From: Octopus sinensis
Lineage: Eukaryota
Assembly (NCBI RefSeq): GCF_006345805.1
Contig: NC_043004.1
Span: 61,752,001-61,816,000, forward strand
Direction of reading: 5' to 3'
DNA: 64,000 nt
Below the pieces are notes generated by a model. That model did not search any database, was not told where the DNA came from, and was given only the letters and a program-made list of their open reading frames with translations. Below are positions 28,940 to 43,167 of this stretch, one piece after another. Numbering within the stretch: the first letter of the stretch is position 1; each line of letters starts with the position of its first letter. Both the position numbers and the translations under genes were made by a program.

Positions 28940-29329
28940 GGAATGGAAGCACTCCGTCGGTTACGACGACGAGGGTTCCGGTTGATCCGAATCAACGGAA
29001 CAGCCTGCTCGTGAAATTAACGAGTAAGTGGCAGAGCACTCCACAGACACGTGTACCCTTAACGTAGTTCTCGGGGATATTCAGCGTGACACAGAGAGTA
29101 ACAAGGCCGGCCCTTTGAAATACAGGTACAACAGAAACAGGAAGTAAGAGTGAGAGAAAGTTGTGGTGAAAGAGTACAGCAGGGATCACCACCATCGCCT
29201 GTCGGAGCCTCGTGGAGCTTTTAGGTGTTTTCGCTCAATAAACACTCACAACGCCCGGTCTGGGAATCGAAACCGCGATCCTACGACCGCGAGTCCGCTG
29301 CCCTAACCACTAGGCCATTGCGCCTCCAC
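28940..29329 (-). mobile_element. Full-length tRNA-derived SINE with 13-bp TSD
   Basis: Head GGAGGCGCAATGGCCTAGTGG..GGTTTCGATTCCC. TSD GGA(G/T)TTGCAATAT at 28927-28939 and 29330-29342. Confidence 0.9.
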
Positions 29330-29549
29330 GGATTTGCAATATAGTAAAGTGATGAACTATAACTTTGTACCCTAGAAAATGGATATTTGGAGTTCTCCAC
29401 TAATCTAATTAATACTGTTAGCCTTGTGTGCCAACAGAGAGTTTTTGAGGTATTTTGCCGGGTCTGATAATCACTCGTTATATCTTCTATTTACTGTGCC
29501 TATTTAATCAATTTCAGTTACATGTCTTTGGTTGAACCGAAGTTATTTT

Positions 29550-29950
29550 CAGATTACTTCTACGTAAAAGATAATATGCATAGGGACTGAACCAGAGACT
29601 TCGGTGTTATCCAGCCAAATTTCTCATGAATCAGCCATGTATTTGCGTTTGTGTGCTAGTACTGAATTTTTTAGAAATATCCACAAGAATGCCTTTTGTA
29701 TGTCAGCTATATTTAAAACATTTTATGAGTGAGAAACAACCTTGAGTTTTGCAGTATTCCTAAGTTCCACAGGTTTTTGAGATATTAGATGCAGGATCAT
29801 GGGCAATTGACGTGGGAAGTTTAATGTTTATTTGCTGGGTTAATTCTTGTAAGAGGGAGATATTGTGAGAATGATACAATCTTCAAACTGTGTAGCTTAA
29901 GGAAATGAAGCAGTCCTAAATTTATAAGAACTACACTGTGAACATCGTCG
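29550..29950 (-). pseudogene. Possible decayed BEL/Pao RT fragment
   Basis: IADIQKAFLWI resembles the BEL motif ADIEKAFLQI. The rest is heavily degraded. Confidence 0.3.
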
Positions 29951-30208
29951 AATTTTATACAATTTCACTGGCATGTTCGGATAACAATGTCATTACATTA
30001 CTCGTGTGGGTATTTCTCGTATAATTGTTGATTTTCTGAAGCTTTCGCTTTAATTTTTAGCAAGCGATAACTTTACCCTTCTTTTCTGCAAATATTTATA
30101 CCTGTTTAGGTAGGAGTCTTGATAGTCACCTCATTATTACTGTTTTTAACAGTGATAATACTTCGCATATTAAGTTTTCTATAACTTTCCATTTCTAACT
30201 TTTCATTG

Positions 30209-30315
30209 CGTTATGAACAGATTTTAGCAAAAACATTTGCTTCGTATAGAATATAAACACACACACACGCTCATATACACTCGCTCACATACACACACAC
30301 GCACACACACATACG

Positions 30316-30348
<33 letters not shown>

Positions 30349-30388
30349 GTGTGTGTGTGTGTATATATATATACGTATGTGTGTGTCC

Positions 30389-30457
<69 letters not shown>

Positions 30458-30534
30458 TGTGTGTGTGTGCATGTGTGTGTGTGTGTTTATATTCTATACG
30501 AAGCAAATGTTTTAGCTAAAATCTGTTCATAACG
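30209..30534. repeat. Inverted duplication flanking (CA)n...(TG)n
   Basis: CGTTATGAACAGATTTTAGCAAAAACATTTGCTTCGTATAGAATATAAAC and its reverse complement at 30485-30534, one mismatch. Confidence 0.9.
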
Positions 30535-31214
30535 AGATGCAAGTATATTTGTTTCTTCAATCATACGCTCACATGTAGCATTTTCAAACCGCCAGAGCAA
30601 ATTTATTATAAATTTCCTCTTATATAATCCTGAAAATAATAAATTTATGACATGATTCTTTGCATATTTGAAAATCGTCTTTGCAAGCAAATATAATTTC
30701 TTCTTTAAAAAGAAGTAGTATTTTAAAAAATTTTAAATAAGAATTTCATGACATCGAAATCCGTTCGTTTGTTTCGACAGAAACAATCTAAATATGACTC
30801 CAAATTAGTGAATAAAGGGGAAAATATGCATTAATTATAATGCCACTATTGCTAATTATAATAAATGAAGAGAAGACGTGGCATCACGAATACTACAACT
30901 GAATCCGATATGATTATGTGAAAATCCCAGGCCGGTAATATTTATAATTAATGAAAGTGAATTGTTGGCACATGCAAATGTCTGATTATCACTTCTCAAA
31001 AAGTGTCTCACAAGTGAAATATTTTAACGAGATTGCCACTAATATTGTCCTACATTTAAAATAATCTCTTTTGCACAGTTTCAGAACGTTTCTTTTCGAA
31101 TTACTTCTCAAAAGATCTATATTTTATTAAAATGGTAAATCTCCAGTCAATATATTTGTCTGGTGCAGTTATTAAGAAACATCAATAAAATAGACAACAG
31201 TAGCCACGTTCCGT

Positions 31215-32100
31215 GACTTTGTGCTGTTTGTAGATCACATTGGGCACAAAGTGTCCACTACTCAGCCATCAGTCATCATTGAGGTCACCATCGTTGTCTT
31301 CGCCAACGCCGCAATCATTTACAGCAGCTGTTGAAGCTCTCACTAGCACCGACATCGCTCCCACAGTTCTACTACCAATACCACCACCACTACTAATATT
31401 AAAGGGTGGTTTGGGAGGGGGGGTCGACGGGCGGAAATCTTGTCCAACAAAGGAACTGGGGTGGTAACCCCTGACACCCCCACGCATGCCGGACACATGG
31501 ACACCACCGACATCCTTCTACTCACTCCAATATCCATTACTACTACTATCACTACTATTACTGCTCTTACTACTATTACTACTACTACTACTACTAGTAG
31601 TAGTAGTAGTAGTTGTTGTAGTAGTAGTAGTAGTGGTACCGACACCACCACCGCTAATACTGCTATCTCTTACCAGCAAGAAAAGCCAATCTTCATCGTA
31701 TCAATTAAAAAACGTCTTCTCTGACAATAATCTCTCTAAATGCATGGATTGCAGGTGTTATGAGGCCATACCTAATCTACAACCCCAAGAAGATACTACC
31801 TAAATCAATTTACTCAAACCACATCTGTAACCAAACAATTGCACCAGATTCCATCAACAAACAAAAATGAACTGTAAAATCTATTGCTACTTCCTACCGG
31901 GGAGTAATATATTTGCAAAGTGAGTTATCCACGTCTTAAGTACAATGAAGATTTAGAGCACTAGCCAATATATCAGCACTCACAAAAATGGTAGTACTTC
32001 GTTTTCTCTCTCCAAAAAATTTAACCGTGCCGAACCTGCTCCTTATCTCAATGGAAGAGTGACAAATGATTAGAATAACACCATACATTACACGAGAAAT
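31215..32100 (+). pseudogene. Possible decayed LINE ORF1 end / ORF2 start
   Basis: Frameshifted CAVC..H.GTKCP knuckle, a P/T/S-rich linker, then IISLNA similar to an APE start. Confidence 0.3.
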
Positions 32101-33169
32101 ACTGAAGCGTTCCCTTCACACAAGTGAGGAAATAAGAAAGTCTTCAAATGCAATAATCGCGACCATATCATAACAAAACTAAATACAATACAGTGCGCAG
32201 ATTTTCTTTAAGTAGACATTACTGAATGCGAGAAAAAGTAACTCAGGGAATTAAGTTAATACTTTTTGAACCGGTACTTTACTATCAAATATGTTTTTTG
32301 TAGAGCCAATGGATTACGAGACAAAACGGACAAGCACAAACGCATATGCACTTATGCATACACGCGCATATCGGGAAAATGGGGCAGAAAAATTTACAGT
32401 TACAGATTTATCTCCAAAAGCGGTGGTCAGACATATAATAAAGGAGTCAGTAGTCATACATGCTACGATGTATAACCAAACCTCTTTCGAACGATAAGAT
32501 TGCAAATACATTTTTACAACTATACGGTGATGCAGCCCCACATATATGTGTGTAGTGGTTAAGTGTGTATGTAAAAAAATACATAAACCGTTTCATGATT
32601 GCAATGAATTTATGTACAGGGTTACAGGTACACTACATACAAATGTAGGCAACTGCTACGAGTTGCTTGAATAGAGCACATATTAGAAATGAATATGTTT
32701 ATGTGTGTGTGTGTGTGCGTGTGTGCATGTTTCATTCGAAACAGTAGTCGATCGGCACTTCGAGCATTTCTCTCTGTCTCTGACGTCTGCCAAAAGCTTG
32801 GGTCGTAGATAGACCTATGTCATGGGTCTGCTCCCGTCTCCGCTGCGATTGTCTGCCCGCCTTTCTGTTTCACCGTTGTATTTATAATATTTGAGGCAGC
32901 TAGAAAGATAGACATACTGCAGCAGAGTTACTACCTAAGTAGGTCAGCGCTTGTCCAGTTGAACTTCGCCTGACATGGCTGAGGTCGTAGGTCAAAGGGA
33001 GATGATCAATCACTTTTTGACAGAACAAAGCAAGCCTTCTTTTCGCGCCTGTTAGTTGTCGTGGTTTGGGCGACCAAGGATTCTTGGATTCGGTTTCGAA
33101 TCTAGGCTTAGAGAAGGAAGTGCTAATTCTTACACGTGTATATATGAATATATATCCATAAGTATATTT

Positions 33170-34740
<1,571 letters not shown>

Positions 34741-34903
34741 TTCACACACGAGGAATACCTAAGACTAGAATTGGTACCATACCATAAGGATACTACCGGC
34801 TATTTGGGAATTCTAAGGATGAACGAGTAAACGAGCTCTATTTTAACTCTTATACATTTTTAACAAAACACACCCCAACTGACTGTGTATATTTATACAT
34901 ATG

Positions 34904-35020
<117 letters not shown>

Positions 35021-35153
35021 GTGAAAAATTGAATATTAATTTCATTAATGTCAATTTAAAACCAGTAGTCTAGCATATTGAATGATCTGAAATTTTAGAA
35101 AAAATGTTATTACATACATATAAAAAGGGATGACCTCTAAGTGGACATACCTC

Positions 35154-35212
<59 letters not shown>

Positions 35213-35230
35213 TATATATATATATGCATG

Positions 35231-35270
<40 letters not shown>

Positions 35271-35999
35271 AGATGTATATTCATCTATGTACTTTCAGGT
35301 GTGTTTATATATATACGCAAACGCACACGCACGCATATCCACACACACATTGGCACACACAATTTAGACATGGATATATTGTGTTGGTTTTATCCTTGTC
35401 ATGCTGTTTTTGAGTGTTTACGTTTCCGTTATTGGTAGTTCAAAGTAACAGGCCGATAGAAGAAGTACAGAGCCAATACATAAAAGGAAATGAAAGGGAA
35501 TCAGATGGTCCAGTGTGGCACCGGTCTAACGCACAAGGAAGTAAAGGGTAATACACATGAGTGTGTGTGTGTGGATGCGTGTGTGTGTTTGTACCTATAT
35601 ATTCCATCATAAATACCCGCAAAGTTGATGTTTGAATAAGCTGCTTGATCAGTAGAATGATCAGAACGATCTATATTGTTATCAGCCTCTATGCTTTTAG
35701 TCTTACTTTACATGCAATTTTTAAATGCCGCACTGATACATCTTACCAGTCACCGGCCGAGGTAGCAATTGCAGATTCGTAAATACACAATAAAGATCAT
35801 ATAATTCTTCGCAATTCTTCTCTTCCGAATTTTAAAGTGGGAACTTCAATATACACGCACAAATGCACACACTTACACACACATGGATACACTCACTCAC
35901 ATACACATACTCATAAACATTCACACACAAAACACAGACACATACACACAAACACACACACACAGACACACACACACACACATATATATACATACATAC

Positions 36000-36059
<60 letters not shown>

Positions 36060-36148
36060 TATATACTGAGGAGGAATGTGATTAGTAAAGTTTATATTTT
36101 TGGATATTCTTTACTTAAAATCTAATTCCGAAACGCGCGTCTATGGAT
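36060..36148 (+). ncRNA. Type I hammerhead ribozyme motif with canonical core
   Basis: CTGAGGA (36066), stem II GGAAT..ATTCC extended by AGTAAAG/CTTTACT, GAAA, stem III AC-GCGC-GT, GUC cleavage after 36141, short stem I formed with the upstream (TA)n. Confidence 0.75.
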
Positions 36149-36425
36149 AATCGGATATTGATTGATTTTCGTTATGTTACCCCCTGCCTGGATGAATACG
36201 ATTCAAGTATTATAGTTTCTCTAGTAGACCTTTTTTTTAAATAGAAGAAATGGCTTAGATTTTGGCTGCTATTTCTGAACTTCGGTATGTGGTGATGCAC
36301 TTCTTTTGCTGACCCCTCAATATTACTATTACTAGAAGTTACCGTATAACGGTCCTGTTTTCATACCGAATTCTACTTGGTGAAATTTATTGATTACTTT
36401 GTAATTAATTAGTTTTACCCTTAAT

Positions 36426-36428
<3 letters not shown>
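36062..36428 (+). mobile_element. PLE pseudo-LTR fragment between (TA)n tracts
   Basis: HHR followed by a tail ACTTGGTGAAATT..TTTTACCCTT. Related tails occur reverse-complemented at about 25035, 35018 and 56645. Confidence 0.6.
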
Positions 36429-36463
<35 letters not shown>

Positions 36464-36944
36464 AGATGTCTTTCCAATAAAGAAGCGGTTTCTAACCTAG
36501 ATCCAAGCTTCCTTCATTGGAATTTCGATATCAACAACAGCGTACTTTTCTCTGTATGTATGTATGTATGTAGGTAGGTAGGTATGTATGTGCCGACTTC
36601 TATAGTTTATGTATAGTTGCATATATGTAGACATGGTCATATATATTTACATGATGAACTTTTGCAAGGCTTTACAGATTTTTATCCAAGGGAAAGGCAC
36701 CTGTAACGTTGCAAGCTTTATTCATATGCTTAGATTCACACGGCTGCTGTGCTGTAACATGGCAGACGCAGAAAATTGTTTCGTATCCCTTATACAAAAA
36801 AAAAACTAAAATGAAGAAAACGAAATCCGGGTAAATAAATGTTGTCTGATACAGTAATTGGATTCCGTTGTTTCAGTTCCTGATCATCCCGATGTGTCAA
36901 CCTATGATATGCATCATATATTTGAAATAACGCTTGGCACTCTA

Positions 36945-37073
36945 CAGCTGAGTGAACTGGACCAACGTGAAATAAAGTGTCTTGCTCAAGAACACAACAC
37001 GCAGCACGGTCCGGGATTCGAACTCAACCTCACGATCGTAAGCTTGACGCTCTAACCACGGAGCCATGTGGCT
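36945..37073 (-). mobile_element. SINE 5' part (tRNA head plus CORE-like domain)
   Basis: TGGCTCCGTGG..GAGTTCGAATCCC..TTGAGCAAGACACTT..CCAGTTCACTCAGCTG. Confidence 0.75.
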
Positions 37074-37123
37074 TAACACACACGCACACACACACACACC
37101 AAGACACACACACACGTACACAC

Positions 37124-37169
<46 letters not shown>

Positions 37170-39603
37170 CAGTCATTTAACTACACACTTGATTTTCTTG
37201 GGCTCCGATTCTTCGGATCTTTCCTCTTTCCAATGAAGAAACATCCGCGCAACGTTGCAAATATCTTTTTCTCCATCTTAAACTGATCATGAACTTAATA
37301 TATTCAATGTATACGTCCTATTGCGTTTTGTTGTTTTGTTTCCATTTGTAGTTTCGATTTGCGTCTATCTATCTGTCTGTCTGTCTGTCAGTATATATGT
37401 ATGTATGTCTATCTATGTTCCTCCCAACTCTTTATATATATATATTTATATGCATGTGTACTTTTATTTGAACAGATGTACAACTAAATGTATGCGTGTG
37501 TATTCTCTAATCAAATATAGCTTTGGTGGGTTGTTTTCGCGACTCTCTACTTAGAATATATTCATCATATCAGCTTTGGTTACTTTAACATTGTCAAAAT
37601 ATCCTTGCTGGTGTTAACAGGTTTCTTTGTTCGCCTATTAATCACTCCTTTAGTAAATTCTCCCGTGGCAAATGATATTTCATCATTCGCCAGTCTACAC
37701 CTCAACAAACTTTCTTTGCTCATTTATCAAATGATACGTTTAATCTCCACTGTTGTAGGAAAATCTGTCTTACAAATGAACAGCTCATTCATTCACCAAA
37801 TGTCCAAACGAAGTTAATCGTAAGAGGAAATTTAAAATGCTGTATATGTATACTGAAAAGAATTGATCAAATGCGCAATTTGCATACTGTGTGAACAATA
37901 TTAGAAAGAAAAGATGGAAATCTTCTATTTAGTTAAACAGAAATTGAGTTTACAATATTATATATTTATTTTAGCAAATGTGATCAATCACGTTTGTTTG
38001 TTTTTAAACATACTGTAATATTTATTATTTCCTGTCCAACAAATGAGAGCAGTATTCGTTAATTACAGAAAGGAAATGCTGTAAATAAAATATATATCAT
38101 AACCGCTTTGATTAACAGAAATACAGATCGTTACTGGAGTTGGCTAAACTGTGAGTACTGTGTGTGTTTAATAGTGACACTTTCTATGTATAAACCGATT
38201 TATTTATGCTATTTGTTTATTGTTAAAAGTAGTTATTTAAAGATTAATGCAATGGGTGATACGAACGAAAGTTTGACGTAATTTCTATTGCTTACACAGA
38301 GATTAAAAGAAATCATGAGCGATCAAGTTTTAATCTTGATTATCCTGATGTGTCAACCAATATGTATCATATATTTCAAAGTTTTGTTGTAGAAATTGCC
38401 GTATATTGTTGAATTACATTCTGTCAAATCAAATCACTTTGGTCTTTTTGTGTACACATCTCTAAATTTCCGTGGCAATATATTCCTGTTGAAAACTATC
38501 TATCTCCGGATAAATTAAGAAATGTGTCAGGGGATTTATTTTCAAAGATTTGTCACTGAAGCAACGAATCCAATTACAGTATCGGACAACTTTTATTTAT
38601 CTGGATTTCGTTCTCGTCATTTTAGTTTTTTATATATATATATGTAAGGAATACGAAGCAATGGCATAGTACAGCAGCCGTGTGAATCTAAGCATAAGAA
38701 TAAAGACATATTACAAAAATATTAGGCAGCTGACGAACACTGGCACTGGTCAAATTGAGAGAACGTCCTTAAAATGGAGATACGGAAAAATGCGTGTAAC
38801 AGTAAAAGCATTCCAATACTGCATAGTAATGATAAACCTGCTGACGTATTTATCAACAGTACAAGAATCATCGGACGTTCCGTTGGCTTCCAAAGAGTTC
38901 TTCACCGTGAAATTTTACGTCAAATACGTAGGTGAAGAAAGGCTGCGGCAAAAGAATGACACCGATCCAAAGATTTACCGAATCTCACCAACACACCTAC
39001 ATATATTTACGTATCATATTTAATGGCAATAGTTATACATATTATACATCAAACTGAATTATGCATTGAGAATCTAATCGTAATTCAATTAATCAATTAC
39101 AACAGAGTTTCAGCTGTCATTTGTATAAATGATTATTCTCTTTAATAATAACGTATGTCTTATGTTAGAATAGGGGAAACTTTAGTTACATAATAATCTC
39201 TGTAAGGCTTTCAGAATTTTGAATCATTAAGAAAGGATAGAAAATCAAAAGAAGAGGTGGGCTGTGATGATGCACTTGAAAGAAAAGATGCTATGCTAAT
39301 ATTGAGATATAAAACCATCTTCATATTTTCCCTTATGAATCAGCATACAATTACACCTGTATGCACACACGAACCTGTTTCTCTTAGTTGATATCTTCAC
39401 CTCCCTGCAACCATGATTCAAATAAGTAAATCTACAAATATCAAAAGTATTAATACGCTTAGCTGTGTTCGTTTTTTCTCGTCGTCTGTGCTGTGCGTCA
39501 CATTTACTTCAAAGAAGCCAGTAGCATAACGAGAAACAGGATGACACAGAAGAGAGGAGAGGAAGTAGGAAGTAAGAGAGAACGAGAGGAAAATAGAGAG
39601 AGT

Positions 39604-39638
<35 letters not shown>

Positions 39639-39639
39639 T

Positions 39640-40910
39640 ATGGCGTTCGTTTAGTGTTTTAAATGTTTCAGAAAGGAAGTAGAAGAAAAATAGAGAGTGA
39701 GAGAGACAGTAAGTGGTGACGGTGTATTCTGTTTTTAAATATTTACCTTTTGACCGACAGAGTTTGTGTCTTGCAAACAACTTACACATGCAAGTGCTAC
39801 CAGTTAAAAGCTCCGTATACCGGAAGCTAGCAAGTGTATGGGGTCATCAGGAGAGAATGCGCGCCGTTTCGGGGCCTACCTCTCGAGGGCATCAATGCGC
39901 ACCGGCCCCCCTCACTGATATGAGGCCCCGCTTGCTAGATCAGCTGGTTATGAAAAACTCAATATACTTCTAGCCATCGCTCATCGTCTCGTTTTAACCA
40001 AATCCAGTGGCTAGCCTTCTCCGCTGTAGATTGGATATCAGTCATGGTGGTATTGACTTTACGATGAGTTAGGCCTAACGATAACAAAAGTCGTCTCACG
40101 CTGTGTCCAACAAACCCTCTACATCCGACTTCGATAGGAAAATGTTCCGCTTTCCAGCCTGCGCCTTCACATTCCTCGAGGAGGTTTTCATAACGGTTCA
40201 ATTTTCGAACCCGAGCGGCATCCCTATTATCTTCATGAGGAACCGTTAGCTCGACTATATTTACAACTTTATTTACAAGTGAGAGAGATAGTAAGTGGTG
40301 ATGGTGTATTCTGTTTTTAAATGTTTATCACATCGCGAGAAAAGTAGAATATTTACCTTTTGACCGACAGATTTAAAAAAATTATTTTTTGTAACTAAAC
40401 TCTTTCAAACTTCGTATACTGGTAGAAGGTGTCACATAAAACATCTTTTACTCTTAGCTTTGTTGAGAGAAAATTCTGTATAATGGAAGTTATTTGTTGT
40501 TAAAATTGTCGTATTTCGGTAATTTTAACCAATCAGTGGCGTGTTTTAAACTGAATAAAATTACGGCTGTTATTTGCATTAACAACTTCCGGTGGTATAT
40601 ATTTCGTCTGTCACTGTTATTTATGACATATTTCATCTCAGATACGTTTGTATGAATGAACGAGTGTATCTGAAGCATGTTTACTTCATTTCACCACCAT
40701 AATCGTTCGTGCTTCATGTTTCATTTTTTCCGTAACTCTTAATCTAAAACCCCAACCCTAACCATAAAACCCTAAAACCTTAACCCTAACTCTATCCCTA
40801 ACCTAAAACCCTATAACCCTAACCCTGACTCTAAACCTTAAAGGTAAAAACAGTGCAAACGCTCGAACGATGACGTAAATGCCAGAAACAAACGAAATAT
40901 ACACCGCTGA
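39640..40910. mobile_element. Unclassified repeat hosting a HERO insertion, with a degenerate (TAACCC)n tract at 40745-40840
   Basis: Host sequence is duplicated around the insertion. Telomere-like AACCCT repeats are internal to the element. Confidence 0.4.
39762..40277 (-). mobile_element. HERO-clade LINE 3' end
   Basis: VELTVPHED..RYENLLEECEGAGWKAEHFPIEVGCRGF..AEKASHWIWLKR. Confidence 0.88.
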
Positions 40911-40951
40911 TTAATGTTTACCGTGTTTTTCACCTGTCCAGCTAGTTGTTG

Positions 40952-41029
<78 letters not shown>

Positions 41030-41031
<2 letters not shown>

Positions 41032-42211
41032 TAGTTTTATTTTTATAGCGTGCTTTCACTTCACTACCGAGCGCAGCTCTGTGTGCCTTGGGTATGTGCT
41101 GTGATTTGTTGTGATGCTCTGATGGTTATTGTATGGAAAATGTTCAGCGTAGGATGTGTGCAGTGCCTAGTAGTGCAATTTTCTTTATGTTATATGTGTT
41201 TGTAAGTCCTGGTGTTTTTGTTATGTATTTGTCAATATTTTTTTTCATGCCTAATGCACCTACTATGATAGGAACTGTTTCTGTTTTCAGATTCCACATT
41301 CTGGTTACCCCTATTTCCAGGTCGTTGTATTTTGAGAGTTTCTCCATTTCTTTTAGAGACACGTTGTCATCTGCCGGTATTGATACGTCAATTAGAAACC
41401 ATTTTTTTTCTTCATGATCTCTGACAACTATATCTGGCCTGTTGGCCTTTATTTCTCCATCTGTGTGTATCGGCATATCCCAGAGTATGGTTGCTTTCTC
41501 GTTTTCTGAGACATTTTCTGGTGTGTGCCTATACCATCTTTTTTCTGTTGTTATTCCATAATGTTGACATAGCTTCCAATGTATGTAGGTTCCAACTCTG
41601 TCATGTCTGTGAATATATTCCTTCTTAGCCAGGACTGGGCAGCCAGAGATAATATGATTTATTGTTTCTTGTCCATCTCCACATATTCTGCAGTTACTTG
41701 TTATATTTCTTTTCATTACATGTTTTTGGTAATTTCTGGTGGGGAGGCTTTGGTCTATTTCTTTTGCGTTTAGTTTAGTCCAGTATTTACCATGAAGGGG
41801 CTTTTCTTGCCATCGTTTTATCATGGTTCGTTGCTGTTCTATTTTTAGTTTGGATTTCATTTGTTTTATAGCTTTTGTTGTTTCTTCTTCTTCTTCTTCT
41901 TCTTCTTCTTCTTCTTCTTCTTCTTCTTCTTCTTCTTCTTCTTCTTCTTCTTCTTCTTCTTCTTCTTCTTCTCTTCTTCTTCTTCTTCTTCTTCTTCATA
42001 TTTATTAGGTGGTATGATTTCTTGTTTGTATTTGTCAGCTTCCTTAAATACTGAGAACAGTTTTTTGTTTTGCTCGTGTGTTGCAGCTATTTGTATCAGT
42101 TTTCCTTCCTTCTGAAGTAGATATTTTTGCAGTTCTATGGTGGTTATTTTATAGTAGTTTTCCAGTTGTATAAGGCCTCTACCACCTTCTATACGTTGTA
42201 TATATAGTCTT
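41030..42211 (-). mobile_element. Dong/R4-clade LINE 3' part inserted in (TAA)n
   Basis: GGRGL, WQEKPLHGKY, CRICG..ETINHIISGC..RHD, ILWD..RPDIVV..IDVSIP..KY..PIIVGALG. Has an internal (GAA)n expansion and a deletion. Confidence 0.92.
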
Positions 42212-42261
42212 TATTATTATTATTATTATTATTACTACTATTATTATTATTATTATGATTA

Positions 42262-42320
<59 letters not shown>

Positions 42321-42825
42321 GAGTGAGAGAGCAGCGCATGCCATCAAAGTGACACTGGGGTAAAATATACGAAGCCTAGTATACTAATCGTCTTATAAGG
42401 GTACACCAGGTACATGCATCACAGCCATATGTGCGCAATATGGTGATCTTGCAGGTGGGTCCCAGTTAGAATTTTCTTCATGTCGAGTAGCCCATCCCAC
42501 TCAAAAGATCCCTGAATAAGGATTGTTTAAGGATGTTGAACGAAACACCTATGTTTCCGAAGGTGAAGACTTCCTCTCAACACATGGCTATGATGCTCCC
42601 CCACTACCTCGGCACATCATCAAAGATGCACGTATCGTCAGCCACTAAGGGCCATGCTCAACTGGTTAAGGTCAAGCAACTGACAAGTAAATCTGTGGTA
42701 TTGAGCAGAATATTTGGTGTAGCCCATCTTTTATACCAAAACAAAATAATGTACATGATAACAACTCCAATCAGTTAAGATAAGAAGCCATGAGAGCCAC
42801 TGCCTGGTACTGCATAAGGGCATTT
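42321..42825. mobile_element. Unclassified insertion of about 500 bp within (ATT)n
   Basis: Higher-GC block bounded on both sides by ATT repeats, with no credible ORF. Confidence 0.45.
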
Positions 42826-42854
42826 ATTATCATTATTATTTTCATTATTATTAT

Positions 42855-43120
42855 TCTATGTTTGAGTTTTGCTTTATATTTGTACAAGTTGGCTCCAAGT
42901 CTCACCCAGAGACCTCAAGAGACAATAGGTTGGAAGTTCAGGTTGTCGTTATGCTTAGTGTGCCATATATTTGGGGGGAGGTTTTAGTGTTGTACTAATG
43001 AATGTCTAAAAAAATTTTTTTTTTTTTTAAACCGAAAATTATGTTCGTTTTAAACCTTGAGATTACATAGAAAGTATTTTGCGTAGGATATGAGCAGTTC
43101 CCATGAGCACTATCTTTTGA

Positions 43121-43125
<5 letters not shown>
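42855..43125 (-). mobile_element. Dong/R4 extreme 3' fragment
   Basis: IQKIVLMGTAHILRKILSM* plus 3' UTR, between ATT arrays. Confidence 0.75.
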
Positions 43126-43153
<28 letters not shown>

Positions 43154-43167
43154 CATTATTATTATTA

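Noticed and set aside
29240-29329. tRNA gene
   Set aside because: The tRNA-like head continues into a SINE body with a TSD, and there is no complete acceptor stem or terminator.
31440-31803. Mucin-like or poly-Leu/Val proteins
   Set aside because: Produced by (ACT)n/(AGT)n repeats that are open in several frames.
38682-39023. 113-aa ORF and TTCTTCACC/GGTGAAGAA hairpin as a gene or pre-miRNA
   Set aside because: No recognisable domain. The stem is short and has a large asymmetric bulge.
40745-40840. Telomere or chromosome-fusion scar
   Set aside because: Short, degenerate and embedded in a repeat element.
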